From the NCBI RefSeq assembly GCF_006345805.1, contig NC_042998.1:7564001-7628000 (forward strand): a stretch of 64,000 bases of DNA, in the 5' to 3' direction. Shown piece by piece: positions 23,580 through 37,409 of this stretch. The position numbers were made by a program, and so were the translations under genes. Source of the DNA: Octopus sinensis (Eukaryota). The stretch's first letter is position 1. The number at the start of each line of letters is the position of its first letter. Below the pieces are notes generated by a model that saw only the letters and a program-made list of their open reading frames with translations, searched no databases and was not told where the DNA came from.

Positions 23580-24520
23580 TTCTTTTTACTACAGGCACAA
23601 GATTTCAAATATTTGTGAAGGATCTGGTCGATTGCATCTGAACTCATTTTATCGACCTCGAAGCGATGAAAGGTAAAGTCGAACTGGCAGCATTTGAACT
23701 CAGAATGTAATAAGCCGGAATAAATACCACTGACCATTTATCCGACGAGTTAACGATTCTGCTAGCTCACTGCCTTTCTCTTTTTTTTTTTTTTGAAATA
23801 AAGGTTCAAATTTTGACACAAGGTCAGAAATTTTAAGGGTGAAAATTAATCGAACGTAAAGAACTGGAAGTAATGCCACTAAGCATTTTGTTCGACGCGC
23901 AAACGAATTTACCGGCTTGCAACCCAGAAGCTGAGGTAAGGAGCTATTTGCTTACATCGATTCAAGTAACTGAGTGCTACCATATTCTATAAGGATAAAA
24001 GACAACGGTGACCACGGAGGGATTTGAACTCAAAATATAAAGAGCCGAAACAAATACTGTTTTGAACTATTTTACCAACCCACCGCCTTTATAAAAACTG
24101 TTTCTAAAATAAGCAAAAAAAAAAACCCCCAAAAAAACCAATTTGAAGGGAGGAATTTAATCGATGACATCGAGCTTATTGTTAAATTGATACTTTCTAT
24201 TATCGACCCCTTAAAGATGAAAGGCAAAGTTGATCTTTGTGAGATTTGAACTCAGAGTTGGAATAATTACCGTAAAGCATTCTACTCAATGCTCTAATGG
24301 TTCTGCTAATTAGACAATGTTGTTAAATCAGACACAAAGCTAGCTATTTTGGTAAGTGATTTAGTCAATATTATCGACCTCAGTACTTGATTGGTATCAT
24401 ATTTTATCGACAGGACGAAAGATAAATGTTGACTTTGACACGATTTGAACTTAGAATGCAAAGGGCCGTACCACATACCACAGATTATTTTGATTGACGC
24501 TCTGATGATTCTACTAATCT
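23580..24520 (-). mobile_element. Cluster of about four decayed SINE family B copies
   Basis: Repeated ATCGAC...GATGAAAGG.AAAGT...ATTTGAACTCAGA motifs. Confidence 0.6.
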
Positions 24521-25916
24521 ATTGCTCTTGAAAGCAGAGTTGAAATGACAGCTTGTCTTTTTGGTTGACTGTTGGTTATTTCTCTTTCCGCCGCCCTAAT
24601 CCGTCTCTCGCTTTCTTAACACAGCCACTGTTTTCCGTTTCCGCATTTCTCTAGCGTGACAAAAGGGGGAACTGGGGAAAAGGTAGACTTGTGACTTCGT
24701 CTTTAGTAATAATGATAAATTTATACACACATATTTTGAAAACTAAGCAGATTTTAGCTTTTCATATGAACACAAAACCCTATACTTAAGCGGACAAGAA
24801 TAGACCTCTCTTAGATATGCTTAGAGTCGTATTTTTACACTTGAAGTGTGAAACGTGCCATACACAGCGCTCAATAATCCCTATACTTATACATATTTGT
24901 AAGTTGATAATTTTTCTGCTCCTACAGTATACTCACACCATTTATATTTGTGTACATGTGAATAAATATCACAATAAATTAGATTTAGTTGAAGAATAGC
25001 AAGAAGCTAATAATCTAACTTCAATGCCTAATTCAAAATCCCTCTTTTCTGTATAAAATAAAGATTCCTTTTGTTGCCTATATTTCTAACAAAATTAGGA
25101 TGACTTCATGAACTTACCCTCACTCAATAACCATTATTTATTTGGACAGCTTTAAAAGTATCTCGGTTCACTCTTCAAACTGCTCTGGAAATTCAATGAT
25201 TAATTTCCGTTATTTTTCTCGATACTTGCGTTTTAAACATATTGGTTATTTAAAAGGAAGAGAAAGTCAGCGATGCTGACAATAGACCAAGATTTAGCTT
25301 GACAGGTAATACGAGGGCTATATTTAGATGTTCACGAAGCTTCTATTATATTATTGTTGTTATAAATGTAGCTAATTTAAAATAAACACTTCAAATCTGA
25401 CATTAAGGTTTTGTAGTATGATGTTGAAGAGAGAAATTCATTGTTCGTTTTTCCGTGGGCGGAGATGCAGTTGCTCTATTTTGATTAATACATTGAATAT
25501 TAAGCTCCAAATTTAACAAAACTGCTGTAGTCCTGTGCTGCAATATATGTCACTACTGAATAATATTCTTGCTGAACAAATTTACTTCTTAATAAATTAT
25601 CACGCGTACATAAACCAGCGGGAATCAAAACGTTGATATACATATTCATTCTAAATGCATTCGGGCAGGTTTGAACATAAATACTTTACTTGCTGTTATA
25701 TTTTACCTGTGGATATCAACATACACCAGCAATTAATTTGCTTCCTGATTTCTGTTAGCAAAATTCATAGTTTTTATCTAGTTTCATTCACCTGTAAAGC
25801 GCTGGGATTTGCACTTATATAGCATGGACTGCTGGGTACATTTTATGAAAACGAAACTACCATGCAAACATAAAAAACAAAAAATAGTTTAAAATATCTT
25901 CTTGGTATATCATTAC

Positions 25917-26595
25917 AAGATAAAGGACCTGGGTATCTTGGTGGATTCCTCCTTTTCGCCTTCGGCCCAGTGCGTCCATGCTGCCAACAAAGCACGCGGA
26001 ATTCTGTTCTTGATTCGACGGTCATTCGGAATGCTCACAGCAGCCATATTCCTACCACTCTATGTCACGCTGGTGAGACCCATATTGGAGTACGGGATTC
26101 AAGCCTCTTCTCCTTATCTCCTCAAAGACATACAGCATCTCGAAAGAGTCCAGAAGCTGGCTACCCGCATGGTTCATGGTCTCAAAAATTTGTCCTACGA
26201 AGAAAGGCTGAGGACGCTCGACCTTTATTCTCTTGAAAAACGCCGCCGCCGTGGTGATCTCATTCTCGCCCACAACATCATAAGCGGAAAGTGTAACCTC
26301 TCGAAAGCGCTGTTCTTCACTCCTGCTCCAGAGCGTCGGCTGCGGGGTCATTCCGAAAAGCTCTACCTGCGACGATTTCATTTCAATCGAAGGAGAGGAG
26401 CTTTCTCCGTCCGGGTTGCGGATCCGTGGAACAAGCTGCCAGACGAGATGGTGAAGATGCCGACGACCGCTTTGTTCAAAGCCTCCCTTGACCTCAAGTG
26501 GCCTGAACTCTTTACATGAACACCACCCTGTACTTAACTCCATGTCCCCCTACATGGCCTTGCTATTTGCTTTTGAGCCAAATTAACTAACTAAC
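25917..26595 (+). mobile_element. 5'-truncated CR1-clade LINE (C-terminal part of ORF2 plus 3' UTR)
   Basis: Open frame KDLGILVD...VRPILEYG...LERVQKLATRMV...YEERL...RRRRGDLI...RGH...FSVRVADPWNKLP, typical of the CR1 C-terminus. 3' hairpin CCATGT-CCCCCT-ACATGG (26540-26557) and a (TAAC)n tail. Confidence 0.9.
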
Positions 26596-27633
26596 AAAAG
26601 TCATTAGTTGAACTATCTCTTGACAGACATTTCAACAAACGCCCTTAAATTAAATGCATCTATCTGGGCCACGATCGTGGCCTGTCAACCTGTGCCTGAC
26701 GGCCACGATCGTGACCCGTCGTGCTTTATGTGTAAATTCGGGTGTAGCTTAGCTTTGACAGAAAAGACACAATCAGCTTGACACACCGCTGTCTCAAAGT
26801 CCCTCTCTAATGAATCAAAGGTGCTGCCAACACATATTCTCTGAAAGGGAAGGGTGTTCTCCGTAAGTGAAATACAACATCAGTTAACCTATTCACGCTC
26901 AAACCAACCGGAATGTATGAAGAATGAATATATACTTGATAGAAATTTACTTCACTTTTTTGGTCGCAGAAACTGTGGCTGAGTGAGAGAATGAAGGTCA
27001 AACCTTTCATTTCCAACTATGGTCAGCGTCGCCGAATTCTTTTCACCGATTCTTTTTGCTTTCTGTTTCATTAAACGCAAAAATTATAACCTATGATAAT
27101 CAGTAAACTGGTGGCAGTGACTTATTTCAACGCCTATGATTTTGCTTATTCGTCATCCCTTGTTATTTAATCAACATAAAAGAATTTGAGTGTATACCAG
27201 CTAACTTACAGGGAGTTGAGTAGGTGACGGATGCTGTACTCCTAAAATAATACTAGAATGTGAAGGTAAGAGAGGGGCCTCACTCATCCACTAAAATATC
27301 GGGCTTTGTGTTTTTAAAAAAGAGAGAAGCCAAAATGTTTTAACAAACGTGAAATATCACTCTTTTGCACAAAATGTTGAGCCAAGTAATACACAAAACA
27401 ATAGATGTTGAAAAATTACTAATTCTGTTTCTAACAAAGTGTTATATAGTAGTAACGTCTCATTCTTTTAAGTTTGTGTAACTCTATATCAGTAAGTTGC
27501 ACTTCAATATCTCTTTGCAATCTCGAGTTCGGAGTTATTTAGAGACATGATATATGAGCTGCCATGGACGATAGCAATAGTTAATTTATTGTTAGTATTA
27601 GTTTAACACATTTTCTCTTGCTTACTTACACTG

Positions 27634-27691
<58 letters not shown>

Positions 27692-28282
27692 ATGGGAGCA
27701 AGAGAGTGAGAGAGGGGAGTATTTTGTAAATGAAAGATAAATAAGTATGGAGGGTAGATGCGAGTATGAGAGTATGATTATATATCTCGCTGCAATTTTT
27801 GAGAAGTAATGAATTTTCAAATGTTGGTTACAGATAATTGCTCTTTAGCTCAAGATTGGCAGGAAATAATTTCGCATGCGTAAAAAGTATAAAATGCCAA
27901 AATATGAAGGAAATGTATTTGGTGAAGATATGTTAAGTAAACGCACAGATATTTTTGTTAATGCCATTAAGTTCAATCGCTCCAAACTTGTAGGAAGCGA
28001 AATGCACTTAGCTGTAGTTTTTTAATGCACAAAATAATTTCTAATTAAAAGACAAAGCTGGTAGTTTTCGCGAAGTAGTTAGTCGAAACCATCGAGTTCA
28101 AAACTTGGCTGGTGTTTTATTTTATTGAGACAGTCAAATTGAAAGGTAAAGTTGACCAATGCGGGATATGAAATTAAAGAACCAAAATAAATACTGCAAA
28201 GCATTTTCTTTTTTGCCAATTCTGTTAATTATGCATCGCCCTTGATTGATACAGAATAATAAAGTGTTAAGTTTAAAAAAAA

Positions 28283-28530
28283 AAAATTTTATCTAGTTTC
28301 AGCTCACAAGCTGGGGCACCGCCATTTGGTGTTGCTACATGATTTTACTTCACGAATGCTTTTTAGCAATTGCCATTTGGTGCATGAGAGAGTTCGATGC
28401 AGCTGCCCTCATCTGCACCTCCTGCCGTGAAGTTGGTTCATCTGGGATACCTGACAAGAAGAGATCCAGTTTCATTTTAAAGACATCTGCATCCACCCCA
28501 TGCAGATCTCTTAGGTTCTTCGGGAGGAAA
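28283..28530 (-). mobile_element. 3' terminal fragment of a second CR1/L2-like LINE
   Basis: LPKNLRDLHGVDADVFKMKLDLFLSGIPDEP...RAAASNSLMHQ matches the FKxxLDxFLxxxPDEP end motif of CR1-group ORF2. Confidence 0.7.
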
Positions 28531-28838
28531 TTTTTTTTTTGTAAACACAATTTTCATAGCGGACTTATTTAGTTGATTTCTGGTGGATCACTGTTATTTA
28601 GTTTATCGACCTTAGAAGATTATTGGACAAGGTCTACCTGGTATTGATTTTACCGGAGGAAATAAAGGTACATAACTTCTAAATACAGCAAGATATTTAC
28701 TCTAGCACGTTACTGAGTCTGCCATCATCCACCTTAAAAGAACTTAATTACTAACGTTATCGGACAATACTTAAAAAAGTTAAACAAATACGAAATGTAA
28801 TGCTTCTTTATTATCTTAAGAAAATTTGCTACTCATAA

Positions 28839-29229
28839 TCTTTATATATAAAAGTAAGGTTGTGTGTCTGTCTCCTACGATTTAGATTCCTAACTACTCC
28901 CACATTTTGCGGTGCAGTTTAACCAAAACCGGGTATCTTATAGTCATGATTCATATCGAGCCCTTCTGGGTATTAGCGCGCGTCTACGATGAGTCTACGA
29001 TTTAAAAAAATTACCATCAATTTTTCCCATTTTTAATGCATTTTTGGCATATATAAGGGAAGTAACTCTCTAAAAATTTATTATTAAATCTCAGAACGTA
29101 AAAAGCTACAGTAACACCCCCTCCTTTGTGGTTAGCCATATTGAGATGGCTATTATACTTTACATCTCTAAAAATGCTTATATAGTTATTTCCCTTACAA
29201 ACCCGAGCAACGCCGGGCGATACTGCTAG
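28839..29229 (+). mobile_element. Non-autonomous Helitron-like element
   Basis: A^TC(TTTATATATAAAAG) 5' end; CCCGAGCAACGCCGGG hairpin; CTAG^T 3' end at 29226-29229. Confidence 0.8.
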
Positions 29230-29311
29230 TATTTATATAAAGGGAAAAATAAAACCGTCCATATATTTTACATCACAAAGTTTATTTTTTGTTTTTAGTC
29301 AAGATTAATCT

Positions 29312-30110
29312 TTTCTACTCTCGGCACAAGACCCGAAATTTTTGGGCAGCGGGGCCAGTCGATTAGATCGACCCCAGTATACGACTGGTACTTAATTTAT
29401 CGACTCCGAAAGGATGAAAGGCAAAGTCGACCTCGGCGGATTTTGAACTCAGAACGTAAAGTCAGACGAAATACCTATTTCTTTACTACCCACAAGGGGC
29501 TAAACACAGAGGGGACATACAAGGACAGACAAAGGGATTAAGTCGATTACATCGATCACAGTGCGTAACTGGTACTTATTTAATCGACCCCGAAAGGATG
29601 AAAGGCAAAGTCGACCTCGGCGGAATTTGAACTCAGAACGTAGCGTCAGACGAAATACCGCTATGCATTTCGCCCGGCGTGCTAACGTTTCTTATTTCAT
29701 TACTGCCCACAAGGGGCTAAACATAGAGGGGACAAACAAGGACGGACAAGGAGATTAAGTCGATTACATCGACCCCAGTGCGTAACTGGTACTTAATTTA
29801 CCGACCCCGAAAGAATGAAAGACTAAGTCGACCTCGCCGGAATTTGAACGCAAAACGTAGCGGCAGACGAAATACCCATTTCTTTCTGCCCACAAGGGGC
29901 TAAACACAGAGAGGACAAACAAGGACAGACAAAGGGATTAAGTCGATTATATCGACTCCAGTGCGTAACTGGTACTTAATTTATCGACCCCGAAAGGATG
30001 AAAGGCAGAGTCGACCTCGGAGGAAATTTGAACTCTGAACGTAAAGACAGAGGAAACACCACTAAGCATTTCGCTTGTCGTGCTAACGTTTCTGCCAGTT
30101 CGCCGCCTTA
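29312..30110 (-). mobile_element. SINE family B tetramer flanked by one 15-bp TSD
   Basis: AGTCAAGATTAATCT at 29297-29311 and 30111-30125; four ~200-bp units and only one complete head. Confidence 0.85.
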
Positions 30111-30147
30111 AGTCAAGATTAATCTAAACAATTCTTTCTAATTTTAT

Positions 30148-30360
30148 GGCGGCGAGCTGGCAGAAACGTTAGCACGTCGGGCGGAATGCTTAGCGGTATT
30201 TTCCTCTGTCTTTACTTTCAGAGTTCAAATTTCCTCCGAGGTCGACTCTGCCTTTCATCCTTTCGGGGTCGATAAATTAAGTACCAGTTGCGTACTGGAG
30301 TCGATCTAATCGATTGACCCCGCTACTCAAAAATTTCTGGCCTTGTGCCGAGAAAAGAAA
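30148..30360 (+). mobile_element. SINE family B monomer, head-to-head with the tetramer
   Basis: Own direct repeat AATTCTTTCTAA at 30130-30141 and 30363-30374. Confidence 0.85.
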
Positions 30361-30774
30361 TGAATTCTTTCTAACTGTTTGGTACAAAGCCAGAAGATTT
30401 GAGTGGAGGGGGAAAATTTCGATTTCACCAACCCCAATGTTTGACTGAAAGTAATGAATCGGAAGAAATGACGCTAAACATTTTGTCAGACTGGCTAACG
30501 CCTCTTCCACCTTACGACTCACCACGTTAGAGTAATCTAAATAACTAAAACTTTTGTCGGCAGAAAATTATCCTGAAAATCACGAGATCTGCTTCCCATT
30601 TATGCACAGTATATCCCATATTTAATTTCTACCTACTGACATTTAAAGGTTCTTTATTTTACTCAAAAATGTTCTAAGTTTAAAATAAATTGCAAATAAA
30701 ATTTACTTTTCCATGAAATGAACTCCAACACAAGATAAATGTCGCAAAGAAAATCGAAATCAACCTTATTAAAG

Positions 30775-31200
30775 TCCTGTATTGCTAGACGAAAACTGAA
30801 AGAAGCCTGTCGTGTGTGTGTGTGTCTCTCTCTTTTTTTGTGTCTCTTTCCCATCATTGCTTGACAACCAGTGTTCGTGTGTTTACGTCCCCATAAATTA
30901 ATGGTTCGGTAAAAGATACCGGTCGAATAAGTACCAGGCTTTTAAAAAAGTACTGGGGTCGATTCATTCAATAAATTCAAGGCGGTGCCTCAGCATGGTC
31001 TCAGTCTAATGACTGAGACGAGTAAAAGATAAAAGAATTTATTTTATCTGCACAATTTGCAGCATAATTTATAGTATTTTTTTTCTGCTCAAGGAACAAG
31101 GCCCGAAATTTGGAGGGAGGGGGCCAGTCGATTACATTGACCCCAGTACGCAACATCCGAAAGGATGAAAGGCAAAGTCGACCTCGGCAGAATTTGATAA
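30775..31200. mobile_element. SINE family A 3' half (+) and an internally deleted family B fragment (-)
   Basis: Family motifs GGAAACTGAAAGAAGCC-like, GAATAAGTACCAGGCT and GGATGAAAGGCAAAGTCGACCTCGG. Confidence 0.65.
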
Positions 31201-32156
31201 TTTATAGTATTTTACAAATATAATGAAGCCACAAAGAAATAATTGCAAGAAAAAACATTCAAGTGTATTAATTTCTTTTTCCATTTTGGAATGTAGAAAA
31301 TTCGAAGATGTAGTATCATCCATTAATAAATAAAATAATTACTCACGCCGCTGACATCTTTGACCAGAAATAACAACTAGCGAGAGTCGCTTATATCAAG
31401 CAACGATAGAGACGCTTATATCAAGCAAAATAACCGTGATGCCGATGTCATGCAGGTTACGGTTGCTTTGCTTATAAATAAGCTGATCAAAGCTATTCCA
31501 GGACAGCTGCGGAACGTTTTGATTTGTGCAATACGATACGACGAAGGACAAAAATAAAAAGGGGACAAATACAAAATTTAAAAAAAGAACACGAGAAATA
31601 GTTTCACTGTACATTAGTACTTGAAGCTGTACAATAAAATTTTGGGTTTTCATTAGTTTTATTTTACATATTCCATTCTTTACATCATAATAATAATACC
31701 AAATGAATATTAATTAAAGAAGATTTAAATGCAACTAGACATGTAAACATACATATACATAAATTTCATTGTGAAAACATATAAACCTGTGTTAGGTATA
31801 CGTACTTGTGTACATATATACATACTTACATATTTACAGATATATGCCTGCGTGTATATATGTTTTGTGTTTGGGGATATTTGTCTTTATGCATAAATAT
31901 ATGCATGATTTTACATATTTGTATGGTATGTATTTATGTAAGTATATTCGTATATATGCCTGATTGTACGTATGTCTAAGATAAAATATCACCAGATAGC
32001 ATTTTTCCACTGCATAATGGTAATAAACCATGTTAAATTTGACGATAAAGTAGCAACTCCAACATGGATTAGTGATAATAAAATTCCTATAACGATCTAG
32101 GAAATAAAAAAAGCCATAAGAAAATCACAGAATAATTTTTTTTCTCTTATAAATCG

Positions 32157-32204
<48 letters not shown>

Positions 32205-32430
32205 AGTATGTAGATACTATGTAATTATTTATTTTGTCTCATTTTCAGAGTGACATCAAATTTGTATATACTATCAACTTATTAGAAGCTGAAGTTTCCA
32301 GAAACGAAACTTGGTGTTTTACCTACCAGATTGACTTCAGCGTCTAATAAATTACACGGATATACGTTTTTTTCCGAGTTTGTAATCACAAATGTTCACC
32401 AATTCCTGGATACATATGTATTATATATAT

Positions 32431-32495
<65 letters not shown>

Positions 32496-32676
32496 CATTT
32501 AGTTTATTTGCGCCTTGGCAGAGCATTATCTTCAGAGTTGAATGCTCTCTCACTGTTACATCTCTATGTGTATCCAGAACTCCCATGCTTTCGTTGTATT
32601 TTTGCAGTATACATGGGATCTCTTGTCGATAGATCACCAAACTGCCTGACGCTGTTCAATGTTGGTCGTAGGCTTT

Positions 32677-32732
<56 letters not shown>

Positions 32733-33459
32733 GTGTGTGTGTGTGTGTATTGTAGTTGAGAGAATGGTCAATGCAAGACGAAGAGAGTATAAGACATATT
32801 GACAAGCGTGTGATTGTAGTAAAAATACATTTTAAACCTCGCTGTGACTATTAGACATACTGACTTGTGATCTTTCAAATTTCAGCATTTATTAACACTT
32901 CATAATAGATTCACAAATTCAGTGTCCTACTATAGAAAATGTTCGTTAATAAGGTATGACAGTTAATAGCGTACAGAAACCCATAACGAACCAAACGGGT
33001 CTGTGCAATTTGCATAACGTACATGCATTGTGAACGTAAATAAATCAACAGACCATCTATACACAGAATAAATAGATATATATATATAAGGTAAATTACG
33101 AACGTTTGCTGTTAGTAAACAGCGTTTTTAGCCATGCTGTACAAAATAGATGGTGTAGTTAAACGATGGATTTTTCTCTCGTTGCCAACGCTTGTACTCT
33201 TATGCAAATTAGATAGACCACTTACTGGCGCCGTAGGCCCCGTATACTATGAGTACTATTTTCTCTTTGAAGGCAAAATCTGTGACCAGTATTTAAAGAA
33301 CCGCCAGTAACATAGTTCAAATACATGAAGTCGATTTGTTTTTCTGTCCACAGAGAAAAAACTTAGATATAAAAACGGTGTCTTTTTGTGGCAGCGAAGA
33401 TAACAGTACCCTTTCACTAACGACACACGCTCGTAAGTATGGCTTATATTTCTTTAATT

Positions 33460-34162
33460 GCCATATCATCTTTCAATATATATGTACACACATACACACA
33501 CACACACATATATATATGTATGTATACACAGACACACACACACAGTTATATATTGATGTGTATAAACATACATATGTTAATATAATTTATATGTATAGAC
33601 ACACGTATATATTTCTACACAGTTGTATATTTTTGTGTGGGTATACATAATCTTATGTATACGCATATATACATCTATATACACTTATGAATATAAATAT
33701 TTGCCTATATATTTATATATATAGTATACATATGATTTATACGCAACTGTTTTATTTATACACTATATATACACACATACACACATATATAAACATAATC
33801 ACTGTATACGTTTATATATGTTTGTGTGTGTGTGTGTTTACATTTATATACGTATTTATACATATTTCTCGATAATTTTACTTATGTGTATGTATATGCA
33901 TATATAAATATATATTTATTCATACGTACATATGTATATACGTATATGCTATATGATTAAATAAGCTTAGGTGTATATATACACACATATATAAATAAGC
34001 ACACGCACATGCATATGTACACACATTTATATAATATTTATAAACACATCGATATCATGAATATGTGTGAGTGTGTGCTTTACGTATGTATATACACATT
34101 TTTACATATATGCATATGTATATGCATGAATATATATATGTAAACATATGTATATATGTAAC

Positions 34163-34202
<40 letters not shown>

Positions 34203-34359
34203 TATATATATATAGGTATATAATGCAAATATATATGTATATATATTATGAATTATATACATATGAATTATATATATATATGATTACATACATAAATCTA
34301 TATATATATATGCATATAATACATATATAGATGTATATATAGATACTCACATATAAATG

Positions 34360-34392
<33 letters not shown>

Positions 34393-34570
34393 TATGTAAA
34401 GTGCGTGCACGTACACACATATATGTATGTACATATATACATACACACCTACACACATGTGTAAAGGTATATTTATGAATTGCTTCTTCCATCTTATTTA
34501 TTCCGCTTCATAAGCAGTTCCTTTTATAATATTTAAACGAAATTATGGATATATATATATGTATATAAAG
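33460..34570. repeat. (TA)n/(TATG)n/(CA)n low-complexity block
   Basis: Directly visible; generates the YIYI/HTHT pseudo-ORFs. Confidence 0.9.
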
Positions 34571-36760
34571 AACAGTTATACTGTCGGAAAAGGAATCGTT
34601 TTAACGACATCTTACCATGGATAATATTGTAGTTTGTGTGTTATGCAGTTCGATAAAATAAGCTTCTACAATACAGTGGATATTTAATACATCATCACGA
34701 ATACCACCATTTATTATATTCTTAAGTTTCTTTTAGTTTAAAAACTTTATCTATTGCAATATTTCGGAGAAGTCAGTCAACGAGAGAGAAGACAAAGAAA
34801 AAAATAGTAAAATATTATCAATAATAAATAAACACCGTGAGTTCTAATAGTTACAATATTTGTTCTGTCTCCATATCGAAATATATTTTATAAGAAGGAA
34901 AAGTGAAGTGATAATTTCAAGCCTTTGACGTAAACAAGCGTTAGTAATCGAATATTAAATGATAATTTAGTAGTGTAAATTGTAGGAGATATAAACTGAG
35001 CTAGCAGATATCTCTTTAAGAAAAGATCAGGAGTGTTCGTATGTACATGATAATTATATGAGTTCCTTCAGCTCTGAAATTCGATTCTTCATGAATTAAT
35101 TTTTTTTGTGTTCTTTGCTCTTCAAATCATTCCTTATCCCCAAAACAGATCGTAAAGTGAATTTTCTTACGATTTGAATTAATGAAATTGTTGAAACATG
35201 TTACGAAGAGTATGTTCATGATAAAAAAAATTAATAAAAAAAAACAATAAAAACAGCAACAATATTTGGAACAATAAAACATAACCTACTTTTTATTAGA
35301 AAATTTCTAAAATTTTTCTTAAAGAATTTAACTGTTGCATTGGTTAGTGATGCTGCTAGAGTGACGTTTCTCATTGCTGTTATGACTACAGTTGGTGAAA
35401 TTGCTATTGCTACAGTTGTTTGGTGTTGGTTTAATTCTTCTTGTTGCTTCTAGTACAGAAATCTACATCACTTTTATGCCAAAATTGTTTTGAAACAGTT
35501 GCCTTGTGTATTGTGTAGTGTTCATGCTCTTTATTATTATTATTATTATCTTTATTATTATTATTATTATTAGTTGGTTTGAGTGCAACATGAAATTACA
35601 GTGGGTACTTTCTTAAATGCCATTATTTTTACTGTTTGATTTCTAATGCTTCTGTCGTACTTGCATATGATTATTTTCTCAATGATATTATTTTTTTATT
35701 ACTAGCGCTGCTTATGAGTTTAGAGCAGTTCAAAGTTCCATTGTTGATCGAGTTTAAACGGATTGCTAAACAATTTTATTTTCTGATTAATACGTAAAGC
35801 TTGATGCTTGACATATATTCGGTGAGAATGGATCAAATGTATGATGTATCTGATATCCTCATAATGTAAAAAAAAAATGAGGTCATGTAAAATTCTATTC
35901 TTGGGAATGTCATACGCACACCTCATAATACCCAACGTTTTCAATAACAGTGGCTGTTACATCTATTTGTTTAGCATCTATCAAAGTGTAGTTCATACCT
36001 TAACAGCTCTGATTTGGAAACTAGATGCTCTTTTGATAAGAATCAAATAACGTACGAAAAGCTTTCTTGACTTTATTCCCGATTGGAATATGTAGCTCAT
36101 TCTGAAGTACTTGCATTATTCAGAGACGTCATGTTGATAACTGATTAAAATTCTAACGATTTCAAGTAACATGGTGAGCCGTATTAATATAAACAGTCAA
36201 AATTTTTATCTGATTATTTCTGCCATAGTTAATGGAATCAAATTGATTTGATAACGGTTATTTTCTCGTTGGGTCTTACGTTGATACTTTGTTGATGATC
36301 TGTAATTCATATCATGCACCTGAACTAGAGTTAACTTCCAGAGAATGATTTCAGTATTTTAGCCTCATACATGAGCAGTAGCTTATCATGTTTTCCCCCT
36401 TCATCACTCTCTTTTACTTTTCCTTTATTTCTTCTTTCTTTCGCTGATTCTTCCTTAAGCATGGACGGCGCGACGATGATGAGGAGGAAGACATTAACAA
36501 CAAAGATTGAGGATATCAATGAATATGATGAGCAACAACAATAATGATGATTTCAACGATAATGTTGGCGATGAAGATAAATATAGCAGCTACAATAATG
36601 TCAATGGTACTGATGCTGCAGTTGATAACAATGAGTCTTCTTATAATCTTTAATATCTTACTGGAAACCTTGCTTCTCGATTTATTTTCAATTCAACTTG
36701 AAGCAGATCAATTTCCAGTATCTATATTTGCTTTATGTATTCATATATGTATACATGTTC

Positions 36761-36792
<32 letters not shown>

Positions 36793-36793
<1 letters not shown>

Positions 36794-36881
36794 TTTATTT
36801 AAGCAGCAGAAAATTCAACAAAATCTGTTACTCTGAGTTTCTCGTTGCCGTTCATCAGACAGTTTTTGCTAGAATCTATAT

Positions 36882-36912
<31 letters not shown>

Positions 36913-37003
36913 TTGCTAGATTCTAGCAAAAACTGTCTGATGAACGGCAACGAGAAACTCAGAGTAACAGATTTTGTTGAATTTTCTGCTGCTTAAAATA
37001 AAG
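36793..37003. mobile_element. Near-perfect ~86-bp inverted repeat, probably a Penelope-like terminal-repeat remnant
   Basis: 36793-36878 is the reverse complement of 36917-37003 except for one extra A; the spacer is mostly (TA)n. The PLE origin is inferred from the hammerhead motif. Confidence 0.6.
36928..36975 (+). ncRNA. Minimal type I hammerhead ribozyme fold (mirror copy on the minus strand at about 36821-36868)
   Basis: Stem I AAAACTGT/ACAG(A)TTTT; core CTGATGA; stem II CG-GCAA-CG; GAAA; palindromic stem III ACTC-A-GAGT; cleavage triplet GUA (36964-36966). The G10.1-C11.1 pair is replaced by A.A. Confidence 0.6.
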
Positions 37004-37073
37004 CATATTACTCTACCACTGGTATTTGAGTACTCTTTTTTCCACCTTGTTTCACATTTATGTGTTTACTCCG

Positions 37074-37074
<1 letters not shown>

Positions 37075-37113
<39 letters not shown>

Positions 37114-37300
37114 ACACTAATATATTAAATATATACATACATATATATACATATATACATAAATGTATGTATATATATCTGTGTACATACATAAATGTAT
37201 GTACATGAAATCAAGTGTGAACACACGAACACACACACACACACGAAATTACATATGTGTTTAAGCGTGTATGTATGTATACATGTCTCTTTATAAATAT

Positions 37301-37332
<32 letters not shown>

Positions 37333-37347
37333 CATATGCATAAATTC

Positions 37348-37409
<62 letters not shown>

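Noticed and set aside
29312-30110. Regular ~200-bp or 18-bp repeats as a CRISPR-like array
   Set aside because: No unique spacers, eukaryotic context, and the units are SINE bodies or a minisatellite.
32286-32325. CTGAAG-TTTCCAGAAAC-GAAAC as a further hammerhead
   Set aside because: The core lacks the conserved A, and stems I and III cannot be formed convincingly.
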